Below, piece by piece: positions 50,648-60,892 of a stretch of DNA of 64,000 bases (position 1 is its first letter; every line of letters begins with the position of its first letter). This DNA comes from Lama guanicoe (taxonomy: Eukaryota). Under the pieces are notes generated by a model, which saw only the letters and a program-made list of their open reading frames with translations, did no database searches and was not told where the DNA came from. The stretch lies in NCBI GenBank assembly GCA_013239625.1, contig MU054098.1, positions 2,481,104 through 2,545,103 on the forward strand, in the 5' to 3' direction. Made by a program: the position numbers and the translations under genes.

Positions 50648-51110
50648 AATATACATCACATCTTCTTTATCCACTCATCTGTCGATGGACATTTACATTG
50701 TTTCCAAGTCTTGGCTATTGTAAATAGTGCTGCTATGAACATTAGGGTGCACGTATCTTTTCGAATTAAATTTTTTTTCTTTTCCAGATATATTCCCAAG
50801 AGTGGGATTACTGGATCATACGGTAACTCTATTTTTAGTTTTTTAAGGAACCGCCAGACTGCTTTCCATAGTGGCTGTACCAATTTACATTCCCTCCAAC
50901 AGTTTGAGAGGGTTCCCTTTTCTTCACATTCTCCAGCATTTATTATTTACAGACTTTTTGATATGGCCATTCTGACTGATGTGAGGTGATACTTCATTGT
51001 AGTTTTGATTTTCATTTCTGTAATAATTAGTGATGTGGGGCATCTTTTCATGTGCCTGTTGGCCACCTGTATGTCTTCTTTGGAGAAATATCTATTTAGG
51101 TCTTCTGCCC
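50214..51110 (-). mobile_element. 5'-truncated artiodactyl/camelid-type L1 (ORF2 end and 3' UTR) with internal (TA)n
   Basis: The minus-strand ORF VQPLWKAVWRFLKKLKIELPYDPVIPLLGIY...[28 protein letters not shown] is the L1 ORF2 C-terminus. Flanked by atagactt(a/t)attttt repeats. Confidence 0.93.
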
Positions 51111-51117
51111 CCCCAAA

Positions 51118-51550
51118 ATAGACTTTATTTTTAGAGTAGTTTTAGGTTCACAGAAAAACTGAGTAAAAGGTATAGAGATTTCCCATATAGTCTCACTGAT
51201 GCACAGACTCCCCTATTACCAACATCCCCCAAAAGAATGGTATATTTTTATAATTGATGAACCTACATTGACACATCATAATCACACACAGTCTATAGTT
51301 TACATTAGGATTCACCCTTGGTGTTGTACATTCTATAGATTTGGACAAATACATAATAACGTGTATCTACCATTATAGTATCATGCAGAGTAGTTTCACT
51401 GCCAAAAAAAATCTCTTGTCCCACTGATTTATCTCTCCCTCCCTACTAACTTCTGGCAACCACTGGTCTTTTTATTTTCTCCATAGTTTTGCCTTTTCCA
51501 GAATGCCATATATTTGGAATTATATAGTCGGTAGCCTTTTCAGATTGGTC
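51118..51550 (-). mobile_element. L1MC-like 3' end
   Basis: ttttagagtagttttaggttcacagaaaaactgag...tgatgaacctacattgacacatcat...ccatagttttgccttttccagaatg. Confidence 0.85.
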
Positions 51551-51699
51551 AAGGGGGCAGTTTGACATTTAGTGTGCAGGGACCAGAGAGGCTAAACTTC
51601 CTACAAGCTTGTATATGCAAACTAGCACCCCTCCCAACTCCATGTAGATTTGTCCTGCCATGAAGCCAATGACACCTCCATTGAGAAACACCCCCATCA

Positions 51700-52140
51700 A
51701 ACTCTCTGGTTTCATCTCCAACCACTCCCTTGCTCTCTGGATTCCAGCCACCCTGTCCTCATTTCAAGTCCTCCACATCACCTTGAGCCTGCTGTTCTTT
51801 CTATCGGAATACAATTTTTTTCAGGATCATTCACTTAATTTCGACTGACTCTTCAAATCTTAGTTTAAGCACTATATCTTCAGGCAGGCCTTAATTAACT
51901 CTCTGTTATAGAGTACATTTCCTTAGAACTGTGTTTCTTTCCTTCAGAATATTTATCTCACTTTATAATTATACACTCATTTATGGAATGATTTGATTAA
52001 TGTCTGTCTTACCCAGGAGATCAGAAGCTCCAAGAAAGCAGGCATCACATCTGTTTTTGCTCACCATTGTATACCCAGCTCTTTGCGCAGTGCTTGCCTG
52101 ACTAGTAGTAGGCACTCAGACCCTCTCTCTGAAATGAATA
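51700..52140 (+). mobile_element. L2 3' region
   Basis: tgattaatgtctgtctt...aagctccaagaaagcagg...ctgtttttgctcaccattgtatacccag...tagtaggcactca. Confidence 0.78.
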
Positions 52141-54104
52141 CCCATATAATTAGTCCCTAGTTTTACTCAAGTTCTAAGGGAAAGGGAGCAGCTATCAACA
52201 TCCTCTGCTTTCAGAGGTCTTAGAACAACTGACTCCCACTGAACTCTTTGGGGTGGGAAGAGGTACTGGAATAGTAGAAAGGTTCTTCTCTTTAACCATT
52301 CTGCTTGCATTCAAGTGTATTCGAATGGAGTCACGTGGTTTCTAATTTCTTCCTGCTTCGAAAATGCTAAGCATAGACATTCTGATTAATTGCTGGCTCC
52401 CAAATCTAATTACATTAAGACAAATGAAGGAGTGGTTAAAGCATGCTTTCTATTAACTTTTTGATGTTTTCAAGACATGCAGAGTACCTGTACAATTTTG
52501 GGAAAATTTGAGAAACACCCTGTCAAGAGTCTAAGAGTCTTGAAACATGGTACTACAAATGGTGGAGCCACTTATACCTCAACTCTCTAGTGAGCTCTGC
52601 AGTGAAAATCAAGGCAACAGGCTGCTTCAAATCTAAGCGGTTTGGATTGATTTGTCTGTCTTTTTAATTCATAGTCCAGGCAATCAGAAAGAAAGAGCAG
52701 GAGGTATAGACAGGTGTACAATGGGAAAGGAGCTGCTGAGAGGAGCAGATAAACATTTTATAGGTACTGGGCCCAAGGAACGTGGTGCCAATCAGTGGAG
52801 AAAGTGCCAACACAAGGCACAAAGGGTCTCACCCTGGGAGTCTTGCTGGGTGCAGGGGAAGTGTCATCTGCATTACGGTATCACTACTGGGACAGTAGAT
52901 ACTTGAGTATCTACTACTCAAGGACATTTCCCAGCTATCTAGGAAGTAGCATTCAGGTGAGGTCAGGTTTAGAAAATGGTTGGCCCCTACTCGCTTTCCC
53001 CATCCTCACCCCCAAGCCTGAGTTCTGGGTAACCTCCTTGCCCCTCCTTCCCAATAGTTACAATTTGGGTCAAAACCAAAGAAGTTGAAGCCTCTGCCCT
53101 GAATCGTTCATTCTTGCAGCTGAGCACTGCTCCCTGACTGTTAGCCATTGTGTGCAAGAAGCAGTTCAGAGAGTTCTGGTGGACTTGTGCTTTGTAAAAG
53201 CAAAGAGCTTTCTCCCCCTGCTCCCAAAGCTCGTTGTGACTCATCTGATAAATGGATTTAACACAGATGGGAAAATCAGAGTCTCCCTAATTTTTAAATC
53301 CCCTCCTCTCCAGAGCACAAATTCACAGCCCCAAGCAAAGATCTGTGAATCAAACATTTCACTTGGAGCTACAACAAACCTAAATAATCCAAAGCTTCAA
53401 TAAACTTGTCAATAGCTTTTAGTTTTTTTCTTTTAATTTTCCTGTCACTTGCCCACTATAATGTTTTTTGTTAAGTTAGAATGTCATCAATTTTTTAAAA
53501 TAAGAAGAGTTGTCATCAATTGTTATTTTCAGAGGCTTCACCCCCAAAGGGGAAAAAAAGTCAGAATAGGGAAGGCATTCTTATTTACAAAGATAATTCT
53601 TGCTCTAAGTAAAAAATAAATTAATAATGCAGAGTTATATAAATGTCTACTTTTCCCTTCCCTTGCTTCCATCCTTCCCTGCCAAAAAAAAATGTATTTT
53701 TTTTGAGAAAACACTGTTAGCAATTTGAGCATTTTGAAAGATGTTATTTTATAAAAATAACAGAACAGACGATGTTTAAATGCAGCCAAAGGGAGCTGAC
53801 CCTTAGTACTCACCAAGTCAGCCTGGCAAGGTTTTAACTAGGCCCATAGCACAGAGTGATTCCACAATAAGACCACTGCCCCTCCAAAATTTCCTCCCCA
53901 AAGGCTTTTGCTAATATTCCCCATCCCAGGAACCCCATGTTTTCCTATATTTTCCTATCAAACTGATTTTATCAAGGAAAATGTATTTTTACCACTCTCT
54001 GGTAATCAAAGCTAAATATAGCTGGTCCTGGAATGAGGTTATCATAGAATATAATCTTTTCCTTAGATTAAGAAGACTCTAGTGAGGGTCATTACTTTCT
54101 AAAG

Positions 54105-54283
54105 AGCATTTATTCATTCATTCAACAAAAAATTACTGAAGAATCAAAATATTCCAGGTGCTGTCCAGGCACTGGTGATGTAGCACAAAATAGCCTATGT
54201 CCCTGCCCTGATAGAGATGACATTTTGGTGACGTGAGATAGACAATAACTAATAAACAAATAATAAATATGTCAGATAATGAT
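54105..54283 (-). mobile_element. L2 3' end; the host continues at about 55345-55590
   Basis: attcattcattcaacaaaa...ccaggcactgg...gtccctgccctgatagag...gatagacaataactaataaac. Confidence 0.75.
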
Positions 54284-54830
54284 AATGGAAATAGCCTAAC
54301 TGTCCATCAACAGATGACTGATAAAGAAGAGGTGGTATATTTATAAAATGGAATACTATTCACCCATAAAAACCGACAACATAATGCCATTTGCAGCAAC
54401 ATAGATGTCCCTGAAGAATGTCATCCTAAGTGAAGTAAGCCAGAAAAAGAAAGAAAAATACCATATGAGATCACTCATATGTGGAATTTTTAAAAAAAGA
54501 AAAAGAAAATGAACATAAATACAAAAGAGAAACAGACTCACAGACATAGAGTACAAACTTGTGGTTGCCAGGGGTGAGGGGGGTGGGAAGGGACAGACTG
54601 GGAGTTCAAAATATGTGGATACTGACAGGCATATGTAGAATAGATAAACAAGATTATACTGTATAGCACAGGGAAATATATACAAGATCTTGTGGTAGCT
54701 CACAGTGAAAAAGAATGTGACAGTGAATATATGCATGTTCATGTATAACTTAAAAATTGTGCTCTACACTGGAAATTGACACATTGTAAACTGACTATAA
54801 CTCAATAAAAAAATAAAATAAAATAAAAAG
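54284..54830 (+). mobile_element. Camelid-type L1 3' end (first of a tandem pair)
   Basis: tgtccatcaacagatgactg...atgccatttgcagcaacat...ctgtatagcacagggaaatata...ctgactataactcaataaaaaa. Confidence 0.9.
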
Positions 54831-54843
54831 GGCTAGGGTTGAT

Positions 54844-55335
54844 ACAGTGGAATACTACTCTGCCATAAAAAAGAATAAAATAATGCCATTTGCAGCAACA
54901 TGGATGGACCTAGAGATCATCATTCTAAGTGAAGTAAGCCAGAAAGATAAAGAAAAATACCATATGATATCACTCATATGTGGAAACTTTAAAAAAAAAA
55001 AGACACTAAGAACTCACCTACAAAACAGAAATAGACTCTCAGACTTAGTAAACAATCTTATGGTTACTGGGGAAAGGGGGTGGGTGGGGATAAATTGGGG
55101 AGGTTGATACTTATAAATGTTAGCCACTATATAGAAAAATAGATTTTAAAAAAGTTCCTTTTGTATAGCACAGGAAACTATGCTCAATATCTCATAATAA
55201 CCTTTAATGGAAAAAGAATATGAAAATGAATATATGTGTGTATATGCAAGACTGGGACACTGTGCTGTACACCAGAAATTGATGCATTGTAATTGACTGT
55301 ACTTCAATTAGAAAAACAAAAAATAAAATAAATCT
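54844..55335 (+). mobile_element. Camelid-type L1 3' end (second of the pair, different 3' UTR)
   Basis: ggaatactactctgccataaaaaagaataaaataatgccatttgcagcaacatggatggacctagag...gtacaccagaaattgatgcattgtaattgactgtacttcaat. Confidence 0.9.
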
Positions 55336-55772
55336 TAAAATTTTTTTTAAAAAGGATCACTTTGAGTGCTGTTTGAATACAAGATTCTGAGCAAGGAATG
55401 AGGAGGTAGGTTTGGAGGGTAAAGAAAGAAATTCTGAGGCCAGTTAGAAGGCTGTTGTGATCATTCAGGTGAAAGGAAATGGAAGGTATTGGCCAGATGG
55501 CAGCAGAGAAGGCCATGAAAACTGGTCATATTGTAGATATATTTTGAAAGTAGAACTGATGGGTTGAATATGAAGTGTGAAAGAAAGGAATTAATCGTTC
55601 ATTCCTTTATTCAACAAATATTTACTGAGCACCTTCTATGTACCAGGTACTGTTCTGTGTGCTTGAGACATGGCAGTGAACAAAAACAAAAGTCCCTACC
55701 TTCGTGGAGGCTGCTAATGAATAAGAACAGTTACCGTTCTCTGAAGCACTTCCTAAGCTCTAAGGTCTTCCC

Positions 55773-55901
55773 TTTTTTCTCTTGGTGTGGGGGGTAGGTA
55801 ATTAGGTTTGTTTGTTTGTTTTTAAATGGAGGTACTGGGGATTGAACCCCAGGACCTCGTGCATGCCAAGCACATGTTCTACCACTGAGCTACACTCTCC
55901 T
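55773..55901 (-). mobile_element. Vic-1-type tRNA-derived SINE (camelid)
   Basis: Minus strand: gtgtagctcagtggtagaac...gcatgcacgaggtcctggggttcaatccccagtacctcca (A and B boxes), then an (aaac)n tail. Confidence 0.85.
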
Positions 55902-55914
55902 TGCCCTTTCTTAA

Positions 55915-56110
55915 CTCATTTAATCCTCACCACAATCCAATAAGGTATGTTTGTATAGTATTATCTCCATTCTGCAGATGAGGAAACTGAGTCACAGAGA
56001 GGATAATTAAGTTCTTTGACGTCTCACAGCTGGTTAGTAGCAAAGCTATGTTTCAAGCTCAGGAAGTGCTGCTCAAGAGTCTGAATTCAAAACATTACAT
56101 GCTACTGCCT
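55915..56110 (-). mobile_element. MIR SINE
   Basis: ctcatttaatcctcaccacaatcc...ccattctgcagatgaggaaactgagtcacagagagg. Confidence 0.85.
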
Positions 56111-56255
56111 CTCCACCAGGTCAGTAGAGTCAAAGCTGGACCACCTGGGTGCAAACCAGGAATCCTAACTGCCAGATGACTCAAAATTTTGTCCTGGAAA
56201 ACTGCAAGAATGCTTTTTCCATTTACTTGATTCTGAACATAAATTGGTAGTCTGA

Positions 56256-56626
56256 TGTTATAGACTGAATTGTGTCCCCTCCCCAAATTCATATATTGAA
56301 GCCCTAACCCGCAATGTGATGATATTTGAAAATGAGGCCTTTGGGAGGTGATTAGGATTAGATAAGGTCATGAAGGTGGAGTCCTCATGATAGGACTGGT
56401 GTCCTTCTAAGAGAAGATACCAGAGAGCTTGCTCCCTCTCTCCATCATGGAAGGACCCAATGAGAAGGTGGCTGCCTACAAACCAGGGAGAGGACCCTCA
56501 CCAGGAACTGAATCAGCAAGCACCTTGATCTTGGACTTCCAGCTTCCAGAAACGTGAGAAAATAAATGTGGTTTAAGCCACCCAGTCTATGGTATTTTGT
56601 TCTGGAAATCCAAGCTGATGAATACA
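56256..56626 (+). mobile_element. MLT1A0-like MaLR solo LTR
   Basis: tgttatagactgaattgtgtcccc...caccttgatcttggacttccagcttccagaaacgtgagaaaataaat...gctgatgaataca. Confidence 0.9.
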
Positions 56627-56934
56627 CCCATGCACAGCAAGATCTGGAGAAATGAGTACTGTCTAAAATATCCTGTATTGTTTGACACAAAATACTGTGT
56701 CATAGCACCATATAAGTGTTAGCTCTAATTACCCGCTAGAATGGTTAAATGGAATTCAAAACGGTAGAAATCATCAGGTCTGCTGAGAACCTGACATACT
56801 GCCAGGCAAATCAGGAGAGTTTTGGTTAGTGAAATTGCCCTAAGATTCTTCTGTGGAAATCGCCCATCAATATGGTAGAAAGAAATGTGTGGGAACAAAA
56901 GTGAAAAAGAACCCTGGGATTCGGAGATCTAATG

Positions 56935-57175
56935 ATAGAAACTGCTCACATTTTTGTTGAATGCTTATTATATTGTAGACTCTGTGCCAAGTGCTAAAAA
57001 TGCATTACTTCATCTAATCTTTACAATAACCCTAAAGAAGAAGATATTAGTACATCCATGTACAAAACTGAGGATCAGAAAGGCTTGGTGACTCATCCAG
57101 CCTCTCCCAGCAAGAGGTAAGGGTGGGACTCAAAATTCCATCTGTTTGGCTGCAAAGCCCACACTGTTCCCCAGT
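56935..57175 (-). mobile_element. MIR SINE
   Basis: catttttgttgaatgctta...catctaatctttacaataaccct...aaaactgaggatcagaaagg. Confidence 0.75.
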
Positions 57176-57534
57176 CAGGTGAACCCTCCTCCTACACTCC
57201 CCCAGCAAGCCCTGCCCAGATCTTCCACTCACTACTTGCATTGATTCTACTACTTAAATCAGGACTTCTTTGTATATTTCTGTACATGCTATGGTTCAAT
57301 CTCATTCAAACATGTGTCCCATCTCTCCCATTCATTTTATCAGCTCACTGAGACTCTGATTTGCTGAACTTTTTACTTCCCAGCAGTTTCAGTTATGGGG
57401 ATCTGCCCACAAGTGAGTATCTAATAAAGCTAGCAGATTGACTTCAATCAATAAACTGCTTTAGGAATCTGCTGGTCATTTTGTATGATTTCACCCAAGA
57501 GAAGATTAATATATCACATCCATAGGTAAAATAA

Positions 57535-57765
57535 TAGTTGTCATTTCTTTCAGGCTTAATTAGTGCTCAACACTGTCCTGTGTTTTCCATGTATTATCTC
57601 ACTTAATCCTGAAAGTATGAATTAAGTGTTCTCATTACAATCTGTATTTTTCAGATGGGAAACTGAGACTCAGAGAAGTTTTTTTTAAAAAACTCCCCAA
57701 GGTCACTCAGCTCATAAATGACAAAACTACAGGTCTCTCCAACTTCAAAGCCAGTTTTATTAGCC
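57535..57765 (-). mobile_element. MIR SINE
   Basis: gtattatctcacttaatcct...ttttcagatgggaaactgagactcagagaagtt...cccaaggtcactcagct. Confidence 0.8.
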
Positions 57766-57849
57766 ATAGTGGTCAAGATGGAAATTATGCACTATGAGAA
57801 TTTGTCTCAGTGAGTGAATGCAATTTTTAAAAATTTATATCTTTGAATT

Positions 57850-58070
57850 ATTTGAACAGCTTTACTGAAGTATAGTTGAAATACAATAAACTCCACATAT
57901 TTAAAGTGTACAATTTGATTAGTTTTAACATATGTATGTACATGTGAAACCATCGCCACAACCAAGATAGTGAATATATCCATCACCCCCTAAAGGTTCC
58001 ATGTCTTTTGGTAAGTCCTCATTCCTACTCCTATCTGTCCCCGACCCCATTCCCAAGCACAACTTATTTT
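57850..58070 (-). mobile_element. Old L1 3' terminus (L1MB/MD/ME-like)
   Basis: aacagctttactgaagtatagttgaaatacaataaact...tttaaagtgtacaatttgat...gtgaaaccatcgccacaaccaagata. Confidence 0.8.
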
Positions 58071-59830
58071 TTCAATGTTCAAAGCAGTAACTTAGGAAAG
58101 GCTCTGCTTTCTCAGTGATCATACTATCTCTGTCCCTAATACACCAGGTTCATTTGGTTAGTGTCACAATTCACTGATCTGTGACTTGGGATTCTCAATG
58201 CTCAACTTCAACTTCAGGCTGACATCCAGGCCAACTATACTAAGAAGAGTGATGATAAATTCTCTGAATTAGAAAGCTAATCTAAGAAATCAGCTGGGCT
58301 GACTGATTTCTTCTTTTTTAAACACAAAAGATGCAGATTATTCATCATGTAGATGAAAATCCTAGGTATCCTTTTGGGCTTCCATGTATTAGGAAAAAAT
58401 AAGTTTGGTATTTATAAGCTTTTAAAAAATTTCTAATTTACCCAGTAGAGAAATTCCCAGGCTATGACAAAGGTAGCAGACCCAGTCAGCAGTTAAATTC
58501 GTTTTTTTAATAAAACCTACTCAACCTATTTATTTGATGAATGGATGTAGAAGTGACAGATTGCCGCCAACTTCTTAGAAAATGATGCACAGGAGCCCTG
58601 AAGGGCTCTTCTTTATCAAATCGATTTGTCTATCAGCTTTGCTCATTTGTTCATGTTTGTCCTCCACCCACACATTAACCTAACATTTTCACTCTAAATG
58701 GAAAGAAAAAACTGGGAGTACATGAAGGATTGTGTGAACATCTGGACCCTAATAAACCACTGCCCTTGGGCACTGTCACCCATCCATCCAATTCCCGGCA
58801 GTGTTTACTAAATGGGATGATGAGGAAAGAAGATTAATATTGTTTAAGTGGTGAGATAATTCAAACAGTGTAACATAAGAATTTATCTATATGGTACAGT
58901 TGGTATGCCATGGGAGTACAGGGAAGAGAGGTCACTATGCACTGAGATGGTCAGGAAAGGCTTTTTGAAGGAGTAACTGGGAATAGGCCCAGAGAAGGAG
59001 AAAGCATTTCAAATGCATCTAGTCACTGGGATGACTCTTGGGTTAGAGGCAGGAATGAGTGCAGCAAACTCAGTGGGCACAGAGGGAAAGAGGGCACCCC
59101 CAGTGTTCAGGGCTGAAGGTATCTAACAGTCCTGCATTGCTGACTTGGAAGAGACAGAGACACAAGAAAGGAAAGAGGAAAGAGACAGACAGCTTGTGGG
59201 GGTGAGAGAGTAGTTGCCAATTAGTTTTGTCTTTTTACCACAGTAAGTGGTAATCGGATGTCTGGCTTTTTTAATTTCAGACAAGCCCTTGTCTACTCAT
59301 CAAAGATAGAGAAATTCTGCTTAGAGCAGCTTCTATTAGCAACAACAGTTATCATAAAAGAAAAAGGAAGCAAGGGAAGGAAATTCTGCAGGGAAAACAT
59401 TTTCCCTTGATTTTCCTGTCAAAAAGTAGACGTATTCCATGGTGGGAAATATCTAAGACAATCTGACCTCTCTGTAGCAGCCCATCTGGTAGTCAAGCAC
59501 TTCTGGTCCTCAACTTCTACATTAAAGGCAGGACATAGTTTATGCAGAAGGCCAGAAAGCAATGAATCATTTAAGAGACCTGAGTTTCATCTTCACTTGT
59601 TTTCACAGACATTCAGCATTGGAATAGATCTTAAAGGTGGTCTCCTCTGATCTCTCAGGGGAAATTTTAGCCAAAGTGGGCTCCTGGAGGTCATCTTATT
59701 CATCTCCCTGTCTCAGGCCCATTTTAATATAAACCATTTATCCCAGAGAAAAGTGTGAAGAGAATTTTGAGAGACTGTTGCCACCTTCCACTACTGAATT
59801 CGTCCTTTCATCTTAGAGCCACAGAATTTT

Positions 59831-59940
59831 GTTTGTTTGTTTGTTGGGGGGTAGTTTTTTTAATGGGGGTACTGGGGATTGAACCCAGGACTTCGTGCAT
59901 GCTAAGCAGTTGCTCTGCCACTGAGCTGTACCCTTCTCCC
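59831..59940 (-). mobile_element. Vic-1-type tRNA-derived SINE (camelid)
   Basis: ggtactggggattgaacccaggacttcgtgcatgctaagc...ccactgagctgtaccc. 16-bp TSD agagc(c/t)a(c/t)agaatttt at 59815-59830 and 59941-59956. Confidence 0.9.
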
Positions 59941-60009
59941 AGAGCTATAGAATTTTAGAGTTCAAATGGACCTTAGGGAAAACCTAGTCTAACCTTCTCC
60001 ATTTTTTAA

Positions 60010-60410
60010 AAAAGTATTTTTATTTCACAAAATTACTCAGTAAATATTAAAAATTAGAAATTAAAAAATTTTTAATTTAGAACAGACCATTACAGGTAAA
60101 GCTGATGACCTCCTCCCAAATCTGGGACACCTCCTTATGCCCTCCCTTCCCTCTTTGAGGTAAGAACTATTATTAGTTTGCTGATTTTCCTTTCAGACCA
60201 TTTTTGATACTTCTACATACATAAAAACAAGTAGTAGTATTTTTGTGTGTTTTAGTTTGTTTAAAAGGTATCATATGGTATGCACCTGGCTTTCTTCACT
60301 CAGTATTGTTTTGAGACCTACATCATTCCTCTTAACTGCAGTTCAGTATTCCATTGTATGAAAGTACTTCATTTTCTTTATCTACTTCCCTCTTGATGGA
60401 CATTTACAAG
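60010..60410 (-). mobile_element. Old L1ME-like 3' fragment
   Basis: cttttcttcactcagtattgttttgagac-like and cagtattccattgtatg...tgatggacattt motifs. Confidence 0.55.
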
Positions 60411-60503
60411 TCTTCTTTATAGAAAGAGAATTGAGGCTCAGAGAAGTTACAGGATTTGACTAAGGTAGATTTTAGCACAACTGGAACCTAAAATCTACAT
60501 CTT

Positions 60504-60633
60504 TTATTAAATTTTTACTTTGTTTTTTGGGGGGATAATTAGATTTTTTTTTTTAGGTGGAGGTAGTGGGGATTGAACCCAGGACCTCATGTGTGCTAAG
60601 TATGCACTCTACCACTGAGTTATACCCTCTGCT
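60504..60633 (-). mobile_element. Vic-1-type tRNA-derived SINE (camelid)
   Basis: ggggattgaacccaggacctcatgtgtgctaagtatgcactctaccactgagttataccctc. 16-bp TSD cta(a/g)aatc(t/c)acatctt at 60488-60503 and 60634-60649. Confidence 0.9.
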
Positions 60634-60892
60634 CTAGAATCCACATCTTAAGTGAGGGGCAGAGGAATTTCTCAAAAGTTGGCTGTCCAGGCTCATTGAT
60701 GAGAGTCTTAGTTTGGATAGTTTTATTGCTCTGTATTCAAGTTAACTAATGTTTTCTTCTTCATCAAATCTCTTTTTTTCACCACTTATCTTACACAGTG
60801 TACTACTTACCTAAGATACTGTCCTTCTCATCTCTGGAAGTTCAATTTGCTTCTTTTTATATCTTCCATGTCTATACTTAACTTGTATCTTA

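Noticed and set aside
59860..59940. tRNA-Ala-like sequences (also near 55830-55900 and 60560-60630)
   Set aside because: They have SINE tails, TSDs and disrupted stems, so they are tRNA-derived SINEs and not tRNA genes.
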